From the NCBI RefSeq assembly GCF_004010195.1, contig NC_057715.1:93608456-93672455 (forward strand): a stretch of DNA of 64,000 nt, given 5' to 3'. The notes beneath the pieces are model-generated. The model was given only the letters and a program-made list of their open reading frames with translations, had not been told where the DNA came from and ran no database searches. This DNA is from Chiloscyllium plagiosum. Its lineage: Eukaryota. Positions 1-13,600 of the stretch are shown piece after piece (position 1 is the first letter of the stretch; every line of letters begins with the position of its first letter). Both the position numbers and the translations under genes were made by a program.

Positions 1-510
1 ATGACTGATGACAAGCACAGATACAATGGGCAGAAGAGTCTTTTTTCCATGCTGTAAGAACTGTGACATGACTCTATGCCATTTTGTACAGTTTATTACA
101 CCACAATTTCATGGCTACATCGAAACTAGAAGCCTAAGCATATCAAAACCCAACTTAAATGCCACAGTGAAGATAAACACAGCCTATTGGCAGTGTACCT
201 TATGCCACCTCTCAATAAGATCCGTTCCAGACAGTTTTGGATATGTGAATTCCCAAAACAGTTGGGGGGGGGGGGTGGCAAAAATAAAAATTGCTGGAAA
301 ATCTCAGCAGCTCTGACAGCATCTGTGGTGAGAAATCAGAGTTAACATTGCACGTCAAGTGACCCTTCCCCCAGAACTGATGGTAGCTAGGAAAACGTCA
401 ATTTATATGCAGAAGATGAGGGGAAAAAGGGAGAAGGGGTAAGGAGCAAACAATAGGTGGGTATAGAACTCAAAGAGAAGAACTCTTGGACATACAAAGG
501 AATAGATAAT

Positions 511-634
511 AGCAAATTACTGCAGATGCTGGAATCTGAAACCAAAAGAGAAAATGCTGGAAAATCTCAGCAGGTCTGGCAGCATCTGTAAGGAGAGCAA
601 AGAGCTGACGTTGAGAGTCTAACTGACCCTTTGT
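511..634 (-). mobile_element. Solo PLE terminus insert with 16-bp TSD
   Basis: caaaggaatagataat is duplicated at 495-510 and 635-650. Confidence 0.75.
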
Positions 635-728
635 CAAAGGAATAGATAATGATCTGGCTATGAGCTATTAATGGGGACTGTTAGTTGCTAACAATGGATT
701 GTGTGTAACAGCAGACTATGTGATAACA

Positions 729-860
729 TATTCCTGATGAAGGGCTTTTGCCCGAAACGTCGATTTTCCTGCTCCTCAGATGCTGCCTGACCTGCTGTGC
801 TTTTCCAGCACCACTCTAATCTAGACCCTGATTTCCATAATCTGCAGTCCTTGTTTTTAC
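729..860 (+). mobile_element. Solo PLE pseudo-LTR insert (family A) with hammerhead core and 13-bp TSD
   Basis: ctatgtgataaca is duplicated at 716-728 and 861-873; the body matches the 3' end of the element at about 15755-15885. Confidence 0.8.
731..766 (+). ncRNA. Minimal type I hammerhead ribozyme motif (family A)
   Basis: CTGATGA 734-740, stem II GGGC-TTTT-GCCC, GAAA 754-757, palindromic ACGT stem III, GTC cleavage triplet. Confidence 0.7.
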
Positions 861-1289
861 CTATGTGATAACAAGGCCTGGTGTGTGGGGGTTGGGATCA
901 GGAGCATGTGAAAGCTCAAGACCTAAAGTTATTGAACTTGATACTGAGTCTGGAAGGCTATAGGGTTCCCAAGCGGAGAATGAGGTGCTATTCTTCCAGC
1001 TTGCGCTGAGTTTTGTTGCAAACGCGGTGCCCCACACCCCCAACTTACATTTGCAATGCAGTTTTAACTAACTACTGGCGTTGTCACCGTCACAGGGCAC
1101 CCGAACCCAGTCAGAGACTAGCATCTCGGAACAGGTTGATAAAAAAAACCTACAACATCAGGCTGCAAAGAATGTGGAAGAGCACGTCACACGTGGTTAA
1201 ACCTGAGGGAAAGGAATTAGAAAGTCACGTTCTAAACAGTTCACATACTTTGCCACTCTACAGACCAGTTCATATCCTGCACCTACCCA

Positions 1290-1600
1290 GCTTCAAACCC
1301 AGTTCACAACCAGCACTCATCCCCTGCGCCTGCGCAGCTTCAAACGGTCACGGACTCCTTCCCTCTCGGCCCGGCCACGCCCACACCGCACACAACGCGC
1401 GCGTGCTCACAACACCATTTCAAAAGTACGTGCCGGCCTGGTCTCGGAATGAGCGGATTGGTCGGTTTGCCCGCGGTCACGTGGTTTGGTCCCCCTCTCT
1501 CTTTGGGGTGGGAGGCAGTGCAGCCAAATTCAAACGGAGACAAAGCCGCGCGATTGGTCGGGCGGGGAGAGAGTTAACGGCCGAGGAGAAGCTGCTCTTT
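1290..1600. promoter_or_regulatory. CpG-rich CKAP2 promoter with G2/M-type motifs (possibly bidirectional)
   Basis: TTCAAA (reverse CHR TTTGAA) at 1292, 1339, 1419 and 1529; ATTGG (reverse CCAAT) at 1457 and 1553; NRF1-like TGCGCCTGCGCA 1325-1336; E-box CACGTG 1478; GC box about 1560; MYB-type TAACGG 1575-1580; dense CpG. Confidence 0.75.
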
Positions 1601-1617
1601 TACAAATACAGAGCAAC

Positions 1618-1675
1618 ATGTCAACTGTCTTCACTGCCACCGGGGCGAAGTCTCGGCAACCCCTGTCATATGCTG
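1618..1675 (+). CDS. CKAP2: CKAP2 coding exon 1 (MSTVFTATGAKSRQPLSYA)
   Basis: ATG in aacATGt just downstream of the promoter; donor G|gtactt; phase 1 joins exon 2 to give E-QRRQKL. Confidence 0.8.
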
Positions 1676-4600
1676 GTACTTTGCTGGTCTTGGGGAGAGC
1701 GCTTTTCACCGGGTCACTTATAAATTCTGCTCCGGGGTTAGGAATGATCGAGTGGGTTATTTTGTTTTAATTTCATATTAGTGTTGCTGGTTTTATTTTG
1801 GTGTTAATGTGTCGTTGATGCGGGTTTTATTTTGGTGTTAATGTCGCTGATGCTGTTGCCGCCGCTTCACTTTGCCAGCGATTACTCGAAATGAGTTTGC
1901 ACTGACAGTGTCCTGTCCTGTTTTTCCTCTTCGCGTCCCAGAGCAAAGGCGCCAGAAATTAGAAGAGTATCTGCAGAGAAAGAAGTCTGCTAACAACGTG
2001 GCGATCCGAGCCAGGAGCCGTTTGGAGAGCAGGTGACTGGGGTGATCTCTGTGTTTAATCAGTGAAGTCCTGCCAGCATCTTTGCACTTTGAAATCCCGC
2101 TTTCAGAGGTTTCCCTGTTTTGATATCCACTGCTATATCTAATTCTGTGCATTCCTAATGTCTCAATTTCAATGCCTCTACGTGTTTTTAAATTTTGGCA
2201 GTGACTGGAGCGTGGGAGATTTTGAAGCCACCGCGAGCAATGAATACATTCAAATGCAAAAAGACTCACCAGTAAATATCTGTTCGTTGATGTTTTAAAT
2301 CATGCATCGCCTCTTGCCCCGCCCTGTTAGCTGTCAGTTTTCGGTTCTATTTGAACCATCATAATGTGCCCTTTTTTTCTTCACAGATTCTCTTTCTAGC
2401 GGCGTTCTCTTTTAGGTTGAGGCTGGGTCGTTAAGTATGTTCACTGCTCAAAGATTTTTAATCAGTTAGGGAATCGAGGTTTAAGGGGAAAACGCAGGAA
2501 AGAAGAGCTTATGGTTATTAGATTAAGTCATGATCTAATTGAAGTAGCTGATCAATTTACTATTCAATGTTTACTATTCATCACTGGCTGTAGGTCATTC
2601 AACAAATTGTGTCTCTGGCTTTCTGCAGCGCAACCTCGTGAGACTTTTTTTAACTGCCGTCCTGTAAATCACTTCTCTTCAAATAATTATACAATTCCCT
2701 TTTGAAAATCATGGTTGATCTACCTCCACTATGCACTCTGGCATTATATTTCCAGATTATGGAATAGTCCTGTGTATAAAAAAAATCAATTTTTTTTTCA
2801 CTTACCTCTTTGGACATTTACCCTTTCTAACCTTTGTTGAAGTTTTGATGTTGGACTGGGGTGGACAAAGTTTAAAAATCGCACAACACCAGGTTATAAT
2901 CCAACTGGTTTATTTGAAAGTATTAACTTTCGAAGCACTGCTCCTTCATCAGGTGGTTATGGAGTATAAGATCATAAGACACTGAAGACACTGGTCCTCA
3001 CCCTGAACAACTTCTCTTTCCAATCCTCCCACTTCCTCCAAACCAAAGGAGTAGCCATGGGCACCCAGCTATGCCTGCCTCTTCATAGGATATGTAGAAC
3101 AGTCCATTTTCCGCAGCTACACTGGCATCACCCCGCACCTCTTCCTCTGCTACATCGATGACTGTATCGGCGCTGCCTCGTGCTCCCACGAGGAGGTTGA
3201 ACAGTTCATCCACTTTACCAACAACTTCCACCCCGACCTCAAGTTTACCTGGACTGTCTCAGACTCCTCCCTCCCTTTCCTAGACCTTTCCATTTCGGGC
3301 GACCGAATCAACATGGACATTTACTATAAACCGACCGACTCCCACAGCTACCTAGACTACACCTCCTCCCACCCTGTAAAAATGCCATCCCATATTCCCA
3401 ATTCCTTCGTCTCCGCCGCATCTGCTCCCAGGAGGACCAGTTCCAATACCGTACCACCCAGATGGCCTCCTTCTTCAAAGACCGAAATTTCCCCCAGACG
3501 TGGTCGACGATGCCCTCCACCGCATCTTCTCCACTTCCCGCTCCTCCAACCACCACCAGGACAGAACCCCACTGGGCCTCACCTACCACCTCACCAACCT
3601 CCATATACAGCGTATCATCCGCAGTCATTTCCACCACCTCCAAACGGACCCCACCACCAGGGATATATTTCCCTCCCCTCCCCTCCTCATCAGCGTTTCA
3701 AAAAGACCACTCCCTCTGTGACTCCCTCATCAGGTCCACACCCCCCACCAACCCAACCTCCACTCCCGGCACCTTCCCCTGCAACCGCAAGAAATGCAAA
3801 ACTTGCGCCCACACCTCCCCCCTTACTTCCCTCCAAGGCCCCAAGGGATACTTCCATATCCGCCACAAATTCACCTGCACCTCCACACACATCATCTATT
3901 GCATCCGCTGCACCCGATGTGGCCTCCTCTATATTGGGGAGACAGGCCGCCTACTTGCAGAACGTTTCAGAGAACACCTCTGGATTTCTCCAGTTTCCTC
4001 ATTTCCCCTCCCCCCACCTTGTCTCAGTCAAATCCCTCGAACTCAGCCCCGCCTTACTAACCTGCAATCTTCTTCCCGACCTCTCTGCCCCCACCCCCAC
4101 TCCGGCCTATCACCCTCACCTTGACCTCCTTCCACCTATCGCATTTCCAATGCCCCTCCCCCAAGTCCCTCCTCCCTACCTTTTATCTTGGTCTGCTGCA
4201 CACACTTTCCTCATTCCTGAAGCCCAAAACGTCGATTCTCCTGTTCCTTGGATGCTGCCTGACCTGCTGCACTTTTCCAGCAACACATTTTCAGCTCTGA
4301 TCTCCAGCATCTCACTTTCTCCACTGAGTTTATAGCAAAAGGGTTAGTGTCATGGAGCTGTAACGATATATTAAACAAGTTCAGATTAAGTCTTTCAACT
4401 TTTAGAATGGGATATGCTAATTCCAGTTCTTTAATATGTCAATTCCAGAATTCCTTTTTAGTTACATTCTCAAACTAGCTTTAGTTTTTTTAACAATAGG
4501 TGTCATCTCGGCTCAGACAATGCCTTAAAGGTGTTACATTAAAGTCTGTCTGTGTGCCAATATTGAGTGAGACTGTTTCTATTTTTAAAGTGGAATTCTG

Positions 4601-7600
4601 CAAATACAAATTCGTCCCATAAACTCGTGTGCATGTGCAGGAGAGACAGAGTGAGTGAATGCATGTGGGTTGAGTGCATTTGAAAGAGTGTGTGTAAGCT
4701 TGGTTAAGTAAGTGTATGAATGTGATGGGGTATAAGCCTGTGAGTATGGGGAGTACATGTGTGCATATGAGAGAGAGCTTGCGTATGAGATAGGGCCTGT
4801 GTGTGTGTATAGTGCAGTGGGGTCACCTATAGTGTGACATGAGTCCAAGGTCCTGGTTGAGGCCATCTCCTTGGATACCAAACTTAGCTATCAGCCTCTG
4901 CTCGGCCACTTTGCATTGTTGCTTGTACCGCAGTCTACCTTGGAGGATGGTCACCCAAAGGTCCGAGATTGAATGAATGTCCCGGACTGCTGAAGTGTTC
5001 CCAGACTGGGAGGGAACAGTCCTGGGATGTTAATGTTTAACATATCATTACAGCTCCATGACACTGTAACCCTTTTGCTATAAATTCTGTGTCTTATTAA
5101 ATTATACTCCATAATCACCTGACGAAGGAGCAGGACTATAACATGGTGTTGTGATTTTTAACTGTAGTGAAGACCATTATGCTAAAGGGAATAACTGCAT
5201 TTATTCTGTCCACACCTCTTATGATATTGAATACCTAGCAACTCTCTTCTTGACCTTCCCTAATAGAATAGCCCATGCTTCTGCAATTTCTCTTTGTAGG
5301 TGAAGTCCTCCCCCCCCAAACCATTCTGTTATAGCTTTTCCGTAGTAGCTAAAGCCATTTCCTTTTTCCCCCCCAAATGTACTTTGAATTGGTATCTACT
5401 CTAATATCCTTGCAATAAAGACTATTTGCTTTCCTAATTGCTTGTTGTGCCTGCACCCTACCTTTGCTCATTGTACAAGCATTTTAATTACATCCAAGTT
5501 GGTAGTATGATATGAGCAACATTTTGTTTGTTTTCTGATTCAGTTCTATTGCAGTGACTTCTCACATAACCTGGTGAAATTGCCTGGTACCATTACCATT
5601 ATCACTACCATGATGTAATGAGCATCGGTTTATAATTTGCAATTTTATAACCTTTTCCTTCACCTCATTTCAAGTTGTATGATGCTGTCTCGTCATTATG
5701 ATGTCATACCAGTGAAAATATCTTTTTTAAAAAGTTTACTGTTATAGATGTTGAACTATTTTTAATGCTAATAGTACAAATATTTGTTTTCTTTTGTAAG
5801 TTAGTTGATTTTGAAGAAGGCATGGAATTACTGTCTACAGTGTCTTTCTGATTTATACTGATCACCTTTCTTTTCATTTGAAGGGTATACTTGAGAGACA
5901 AGACCAACATTGAGAAACTTCAAGCTTCCACATGGCAGACAGAAGGAATGGTGGGTTCTTGAAGAAAAATGTAGATTTTCTCCTTTATCATGTGTTGCAT
6001 CCTTGGGTAGAAATTGCTCTGTTGGCTTTACATCTGAAAGCTTTACAGTTGTAATTTTACAGTGCAGGTTGTCTTGGATTGCGATCAGGTTCTGTTCTTG
6101 AGTCTGTTCGCAAGTTAATTTGTAGGCAAGTCAGAACACCATGCAGGACAACATAAAATAGCTATTCACAAGATAAAGAAAATGTTAATGTTTTAGATCT
6201 TCAAAATTTCACCATTCGTGAATGTCCAATTTATCAATGTGTTCATAAGTGTGAATCAGGGATCCCATGTACATTCCATTTGATTAAGGTAAAGTAGTAA
6301 ACTCCTTTTTTTTTCATTTGAATGACTCAGAATCTCTACAAATATTGAAGTGTCAGCCTCCAATTACATGCTGCAGAAAAAGCTGAATCGTGGAGTAGAA
6401 ATTTTTAGTGCACTGAATAAAACTGGCTACACCCAAATGTTTTTGCTGTTATCTCTGTATAGATCTGCATTGTGGGGAGCATGGTGGCTTGGTAGTGAGC
6501 ACTGCTGCCTCACAGTCCCAGGGATCTGGGTTTGATTCTACCATCTGGCACATGTCTGTGGAGTTTGCATGTTCTCCACATGTCTGTGTGGGTTTCTGCC
6601 AGGTGCTTCAGTTTCCTCCCACAGTCACAACTGATGTGCAGGTTAGGTGGATTGGCCATGCTAAATAACCAATAGTGTTCAGGGATGTGTTGGTTGGGTG
6701 TGCCATTGCGGAATAGGGGGATGGGTCTGGGTGGGATGCTTTTCAGAGGTTGGTGTGGACCTGTTGAGCCAAATGGCTTGTTTCCACACGAGGGATTCTA
6801 TTCTACTCTATGGATTTGAGATAAATAAAATATATGTAGAGTCAGAGATGTACAGCATGGAAACAGACCCTTCGGTCCAACCCGTCCATGCCGACCAGAT
6901 ATCCCAACCCAATCTAGTCCCACCTGCCAGCACCCGGCCCATATCCCTCCAAACCCTTCCTATTCATATACCCATCCAAATGCCTTTTAAATGTTGCAAT
7001 TGTACCAGCCTCCACCACATTCTCTGGCAGCTCATTTCATGCACGTACCACCCTCTGCATGAAAAAGTTGCCCCTTAGGTCTCTTGTTTGAACCCTATTC
7101 ATACATTTCTCAAGTTTTGACATTTTTAACCAATATTAGTTTAAAGTCTGTTAGAAATGTAAGTACATATTTTATGATTGATTTGCTACCTGGTTAGAAA
7201 AATACTAATTTCGTTTGTAGTTTTGGAACTTATCAATCTTGTGGGGCTTTGGTGACAATACATCTGAAGTATTGTATATAACTTTGGTTGCTTATCTTAA
7301 AATAAAATCTTTGCATGTAGTGGAATAAAGATTCTTCTTGCTGATTCTGTGGATAACTGCGTCGTCCCATGAGGAAAAATTGAGTAGATTCACATAGTGT
7401 TGTACCCAGTGAAGGCATTCATAACTTTAAACTTGGACTATATTTAACATATTGTTTTCTTGAAGTGTCTATTATTTTAAATAAAAGTTATTAACAACAA
7501 TCCAAAAAAGACTTCAAACCACTGGAAAATTCCTGGAGTGAATCTCCTTTCTGATGGGATAGGATTAGGCAGAACCATGTGGATTTTAAGCCTGCTACTT

Positions 7601-10600
7601 TCTTTGGTTTATCCAAAACTCATTGGATTTCACAATTGCTGACTCCTAAGTTTGAGACTTTACAAAGAAAAGCTGCATCAGCCTTTTATTATAAGTGGCT
7701 GTGAACAGACCCACTTCCCCATTCATTTTCTATTATATAGCAATGGTTTCTAGCTTTAAACCTTTCTGAGTAGTAGCAATTGATTGTGACTGAAACTAGC
7801 TCCTGATACCAAAACCTTTCCCGAAAGTCAGTCTGAGGAAAAATCAACAACAAATTTGGCAAAAAACAGATTGTAACCTTAAAAAGGTACACCCTTCAAA
7901 TGAGGTGAACAAAAATTGGATATCCCAATTCATGTATTTGTTTTCTTCCCTACTTTCTCTACATTTTAAAAAAAAATGTAATTCTCAAAGGACACAAAGA
8001 ATGTATTTTATTGCGAATAATAGTGGATCGATTTAACAGAGAAAACAAAAAGATGCTTTATCCTTGAGTGCTGTGATTGATCAGTAAATGATGAATATGT
8101 AAATGAGGGAAAGAGACAGTCAAAGAAATGGGGAAATTACCATGTACAGGTATTTAGAATGTAACAGTAGGGGGGGGGAGATGACGCGCTAGTGATACTA
8201 CTGTTGAACTTGGGAACCATTGATAGCATTGGAATTCAGTAAAATAAATATGGAATTAAGTCATATGGTGACCATTAATTTGTTGTCAATTGTCAGGGTG
8301 GAGAAAACTCATCTCGTTCACTAACATTTTTTAGTGAAGGACTAATGTCCTTACCTGGTCTGGTCTATGTGATTCCAGATCCCCAGAAATGTGATTGGCA
8401 CTTAACTGCCCACTGGACATTTATAGATGGGCTGTAAATGCTGGTCTAGCTAGTGATGCCCTCATCCCATGAACAACTTTTTTAAAAATATAACATTTCC
8501 TCTTTCTCTTATAGGTGTTCGGAGGGAAGAAGATTGAATCAAAAAAAAGTATTCAAAATAAGCCTGTGCAAAACCGAACCATAAACCAACTCCCTACTCA
8601 ATCTGAATCCACTTTGTTGAAAAGAGAGAGCCCATTTGTGAATAATAATTCAGCCACTAGTGAAACAGGAATGCCCTCACAGCAAATCACTCAACCTGAG
8701 GAACACCTATTAGCTGCCCAAGAGAACAATTTGGAAGTAGAACAAAAATTGAAAGGAAATATCACTGTAGCTGTTAACAAAAGCAAAACTGCCCAAAGCA
8801 CAGATTCAAAGATGCTACATTTTGGCCAAAAGTACAATTCTAATGTAGAACAAAAATCAAAATTAAAAAGTCATCCAAAAGTCCAGAAGGTCACACTCAG
8901 CCAGTCTTTTCTTGCAGTCAAAAATGAGCAGGCCAAATTAATGATTGATGAAAAGAACAATCAATCAAAGCTGCCTAATACTATTAAGAAGCCCATATTA
9001 GGCTCATTTCGTGGTAAGATTGTAGAATCTAAGATTCAATCCTTTAGATCAGGTACTCTGCAAAAGGAGAGGAAACAAGAGAAAACTGATTTGTTAACAC
9101 ATACTTCTACAGAAATGCACAATATAGAATCTAAAGGCATAATGCACAAGCCTAGACCAAAGGGAGTGGAAAACAGGCATCCTGTTAGGAGGGCAATGAA
9201 TGTCACCTCTCATAGTAAACAAAAGAGTTTGACTGCAGCAACTGGCCTCCTTACTGCAAGCAGTCAGAAACCACTTGTAACTGATGTGCTTGACCTAAAA
9301 CTAGATTTTGCACAATCAGGCTGTGATGACACTGCAGTAGTAGCAACTCCAACAATCCGTGCAAAGAAAACTACTGTGCCAATCCAACACACCTCCAACA
9401 GTGTATCTGCAAGACACCCATCATGGAATTTTTCAAAAGCTGTTGGTAACCTAAAACCTCTAAAACAGAAAGTGCCTATTGAAGGGAAGAGGTAACTTTT
9501 TTTAAAATTTTTTTTGTTCTGGTGTAGTGGTTGATAATTGTTAATTTTCAATAATTGATGCTCTGAAACATTGGGACCAAAAGAGATGCAAAGTTTGTTT
9601 ATGTTCAGACAGCTGTCTAAAGCTGAACTAACTATACAGTAGTCCTGTCTTATAATCTCAAGTCTATTACATTTTTTTAAAGTTGGAAAAGAAATGCATT
9701 GTGTTTAACTTGAATTATTTTACACTCTGCAATCATATTGTTCATGTAGCATAGATTTTTTTTTAAAGTTGCTTTAACACAATATTTGCAGTACCAAAGA
9801 TTTTTGACAGTTTCAATTACATAAATTGATTTGGTAATCACTTTTTTGTTCTAAAGTGGAGCACAGCTAACACAATCGATAGCGTCAAAGGGGAACTTAG
9901 TAAAAAGGCCAACGATGACATCGTTGCAAAGAAAGAAAGTTGTGGAATCACATTGGACAGCAATTGTTGAGGAGGAAAATCGAAGTGAACTTGTGGAAAA
10001 AGTCAACCAGACCCTTTCCCAATATCTGAAGCAGATTAATGAGGTAAAATTGTATTTTGATTTAGAGCCTCTGATAAGAAAAACAACTGAACAAGGTCTT
10101 TTAAGATAGTAAAAGCATTTCTGAAGGCTTGAGAGATTAAAGTATTGAGGTAAGAGAATTAAAACACCATATAGTACAAACTATCATTAAAGTCATCCAA
10201 GAATATTAACTGGATAGAAAAGATTATCTTGACTTATCAATAATATTCAATCAATGGAATATTTCTGGAATATATTTTGTGGTAACCAGATAGGATCTAC
10301 TACATTGCAGTGTATGACTGTAATACTTCTTCTCCCCACCCCCAACCCATTGCCATCTTGTCACTTCTGAGGAATTCTGAATCACTTTTCAAACATGATT
10401 CTAGCTTTTGTCAATAGCATGCTTCAATAAGATGTTTCTCTGCTTTTTTTGTAACAGCTTTTGTGAGGATGTTCCTGCAAATGGAAAAACAATTAGATTT
10501 CACATGTATTTCTTGGTGCATTTCTCCAACTTCAAACTTATTAATTTTTTTCAAGAAATTGGAAGATTGATGGAATCTAGATAATTTGGGCCTTTTCTTT

Positions 10601-13600
10601 ACATTTCTAATTAAGTTCCTGAAGTTTAATTTGCAGGAGAAATTGAAATACAAGTTATGCTTTTTTTCACTCTGGCCCACCCCATACACAAAGTTGATGA
10701 CAGAAGTGAATTTTTCAGATCTGAATTCTTCTCTTTTTAGGGTTGTCCAAGTGAAGATTGTTTACAATCTCTTCAAACTTTGATTGAGAGTGTTCCAAAA
10801 GCCAAAAAATTTGCAAGATATTGGATCTGTCTTGCACAGCTTGAACAACGCAAAGGATCGGTGCATAATGTCATGGCTATTTATGAACAAGCCATCAAGA
10901 TAGGGGCACAGGTACTGCTAACTGCCTACTACTTTTATTTCTCTGCATCTCTTAAAATTAGAATTGTCCTGTCTCACTGGAGTAGTGCATTTGAAATCAA
11001 GCCTCGCTATTACTGGAGTTATCACAATAATTAAAGATTTTGTAAAAGTTGTTTTTAGACCCAGCTTAATAGAAAGCACAGATCAGATTTCTGTGCGTAA
11101 CAAGAATGTCAGGTTATTGCAAATAAATAAATTTCTGCTACAGGCAATTATGAACCATCAATGTATAACTCTATTTGTTAAAACTCTAAGTCCCTTAAGA
11201 TTCCCTCTACACACAATGTAGAATACAGTGCAATCTTCCCCATTCCTGATCCTTTTAGCTTTGACAGGCGCTCTCTCTCTCGCGCTCTCTCTCTCTCTCG
11301 CACTCTCCCCCTTCATTCCCATCATGGTTCATGAGCAAAAAGAGGTATCACATGCTATCAGTATAGGTTTTTCACTTATACATGTGACACTTCTTGGGTG
11401 GCGTATTAGGTTTATCCCTGAATTGAGACAGCACAGATGTACCAGCATTTGGATCTATCAGTGAGAAAAAAATTGTTTGTCCAAGATTTGTGCATTTGAT
11501 TTTCTACAGTATTTATCTAAGTTCTGCTGTGTTGTAATTCCTGCTCTGTATTCCTGTACCAAATTCTTCAGATGTGCAGCAGCAAAATTAAATTCTTTTT
11601 TTAAAAAATAAGGTGTAGCTAATCATGTGGTCCACTTAATAGAGTCATAGATATAAAGCATGGAAACAAACCCTTTGGTCTAATTCAACGAGATATCCTA
11701 AGTTTTCCAGCATTTGGCACATATCCCTCTAAACCTTTTCATATTCATATACCCATCCAGATGCCTTTTAAATCTTGTAATTGTAACAGCCTCCACCTCT
11801 GGCAGCTCCACACACACACCACCCTCTGCATGATAAAGTTGCCCCTTAGGTCCCTTTTTAAATCTTTTCCCTACCCTCTAGTTTTGGACTCCCCAACCCT
11901 GGTGCATGAAATAGGATCTTGACAAATTGCAGATGTCTCCAAAGAGCTATAGGATGTGTGAAAGATCTGAATCTCTGTCTCAGAGCATATCTAGATGTAG
12001 GACTGGCAGTTTCTTTAGAAATGGGTTAACTTTAAAAGTTAATGTACCACAGCAATCATTAATTATTAGCAGCTATTCAAGTGAGTTAGCTTGCATTTTG
12101 GGAGTGCAATTATAATTGTCTCCTTGATTTAGGTCCGAAAAGAATACTGTCTGGTTTCAACAATTTAGCATTTCATTGAATTAAAGCTGGAAATTGTACT
12201 CAGTGTGCTCAAATGGTGATGTCTGTTTGTCTAATTGAGTTGAAAATTTATTTCCACTCGACAACTTAATGCACTGGCAATTAAAATATTTTTGTTTGCT
12301 CAATTAAATTCAACTTTCCAAGTTTAAAAAAAACTTTTTTTTTCGACCATTAGAAAGCCATGACTTGCCTGTGTTATGAATGTAAAAAGCAGGGGCAAAG
12401 TATGAGAAACTGTGATATTCATATTTTTGCATAATGATCAATAACAAAAGTTTATCCAAGTAAAATTACTTTAATTTTAAAATAGTGAAATGTATGGTTC
12501 TAAATTGAATAGCGGTGATGTATTATGCAGTTAGCACAAATCTTTCCTCTCTGTCTCCTTTCCATCTCTTTCCCCTAGATTAACCCATATTTTCATCTAT
12601 TAAACCACAGATTTATATCTAAAATCTGGCCTAAGATGTTGGCATTCATAGCAATTGCTAACAAGATTGATTTGCCTGATTACTTTTTTTCCTTGAATGC
12701 CGAGGCAAGAAAGCTGGTTTAATTTATGATCTGAGTTGTGGGAAATATATTTATTAGCTAGTTATAAGTTTTGCAAACATTTTTCAAATGTGTTTTTGTA
12801 TTGATCTCAGATCTGCACCAGATTGACATAAATTGATGCAACATTTACACTATGGAGGCATGATTGGTAATTGTAATGAATAATTATGCATCTTTTTGCA
12901 GAAGTTAAGTTGTTTTTGTTTTACAGCCTGCAGATGAATTACGCATTACACTTGTAGATATTTTGAAAAACACCAAGACTCCTAAAAAACAACATGTTGG
13001 TGAGTTGATGCCTTCTCAGTGTATCCATTCTCTCATCGAGAAGGGTCACTCGACTGCTGAGCCAGTTGTGCACCTGCCCTGAATCATGTACAGGAGTGCT
13101 GTTCTGGTATTTGACTGAACTAATCTAGAGTCACAATCTAATGATCTGGGAATGCTAGTTTGAGTTCTACTGAGAGATGGTCAAATTTGAATTCCATAAA
13201 AGTCACATTCCACAAATTCCATAACTGTCACCAGTATCTGGTTCACTAATGCTTGTCAAGGAAGGGTATCTGCTGCATGTGTGATTTATAGACCATACTC
13301 ATATGACTCTCAACTACTGCTTAAAATGCTGTAGCAGTTCAAGGACAATTGAGAATGGGCAGTTTAACGCTCAGTGACTTCCGCCACCCCTACTGCCATG
13401 TCTGCCACCACTTCCGCCCCCACCAATGCCACTCGCCTGCATTCTGCTGACACGCCTTCCACTGTCACCATCCCTACCCCCCCAGAACTCTGAGGGGAAC
13501 ACCACCCCTGCTCATGACTCCACCACCACACCAACTCGAGTTACCAGCCCCGCCTCCACTCCCAGCTCCACACCCACACCAGATCCCAGCTCCCAGCCCT

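Larger units (their letters stand above)
278..1010 (-). mobile_element. Old Penelope-like element 3' remnant (family C) hosting two nested inserts
   Basis: Terminus attgctggaaaatctcagcag...gagttaac...gtgaccctt recurs at 26490, 27560, 40040 and 44580; degenerate PLE C-terminal sequence at about 930-1010. Confidence 0.55.

Noticed and set aside
181-262. Possible - strand exon (donor-like AAG|gtacac)
   Set aside because: No convincing acceptor and no recognisable peptide.
1013-1723. 236-aa ORF over the promoter
   Set aside because: It is a stop-poor GC-rich promoter region with no recognisable protein; the true CKAP2 exon 1 is in another frame.
3313-4335. 340-aa proline-rich ORF
   Set aside because: Mostly an off-frame read of the C-rich PLE strand; only the first residues are in the RT frame.
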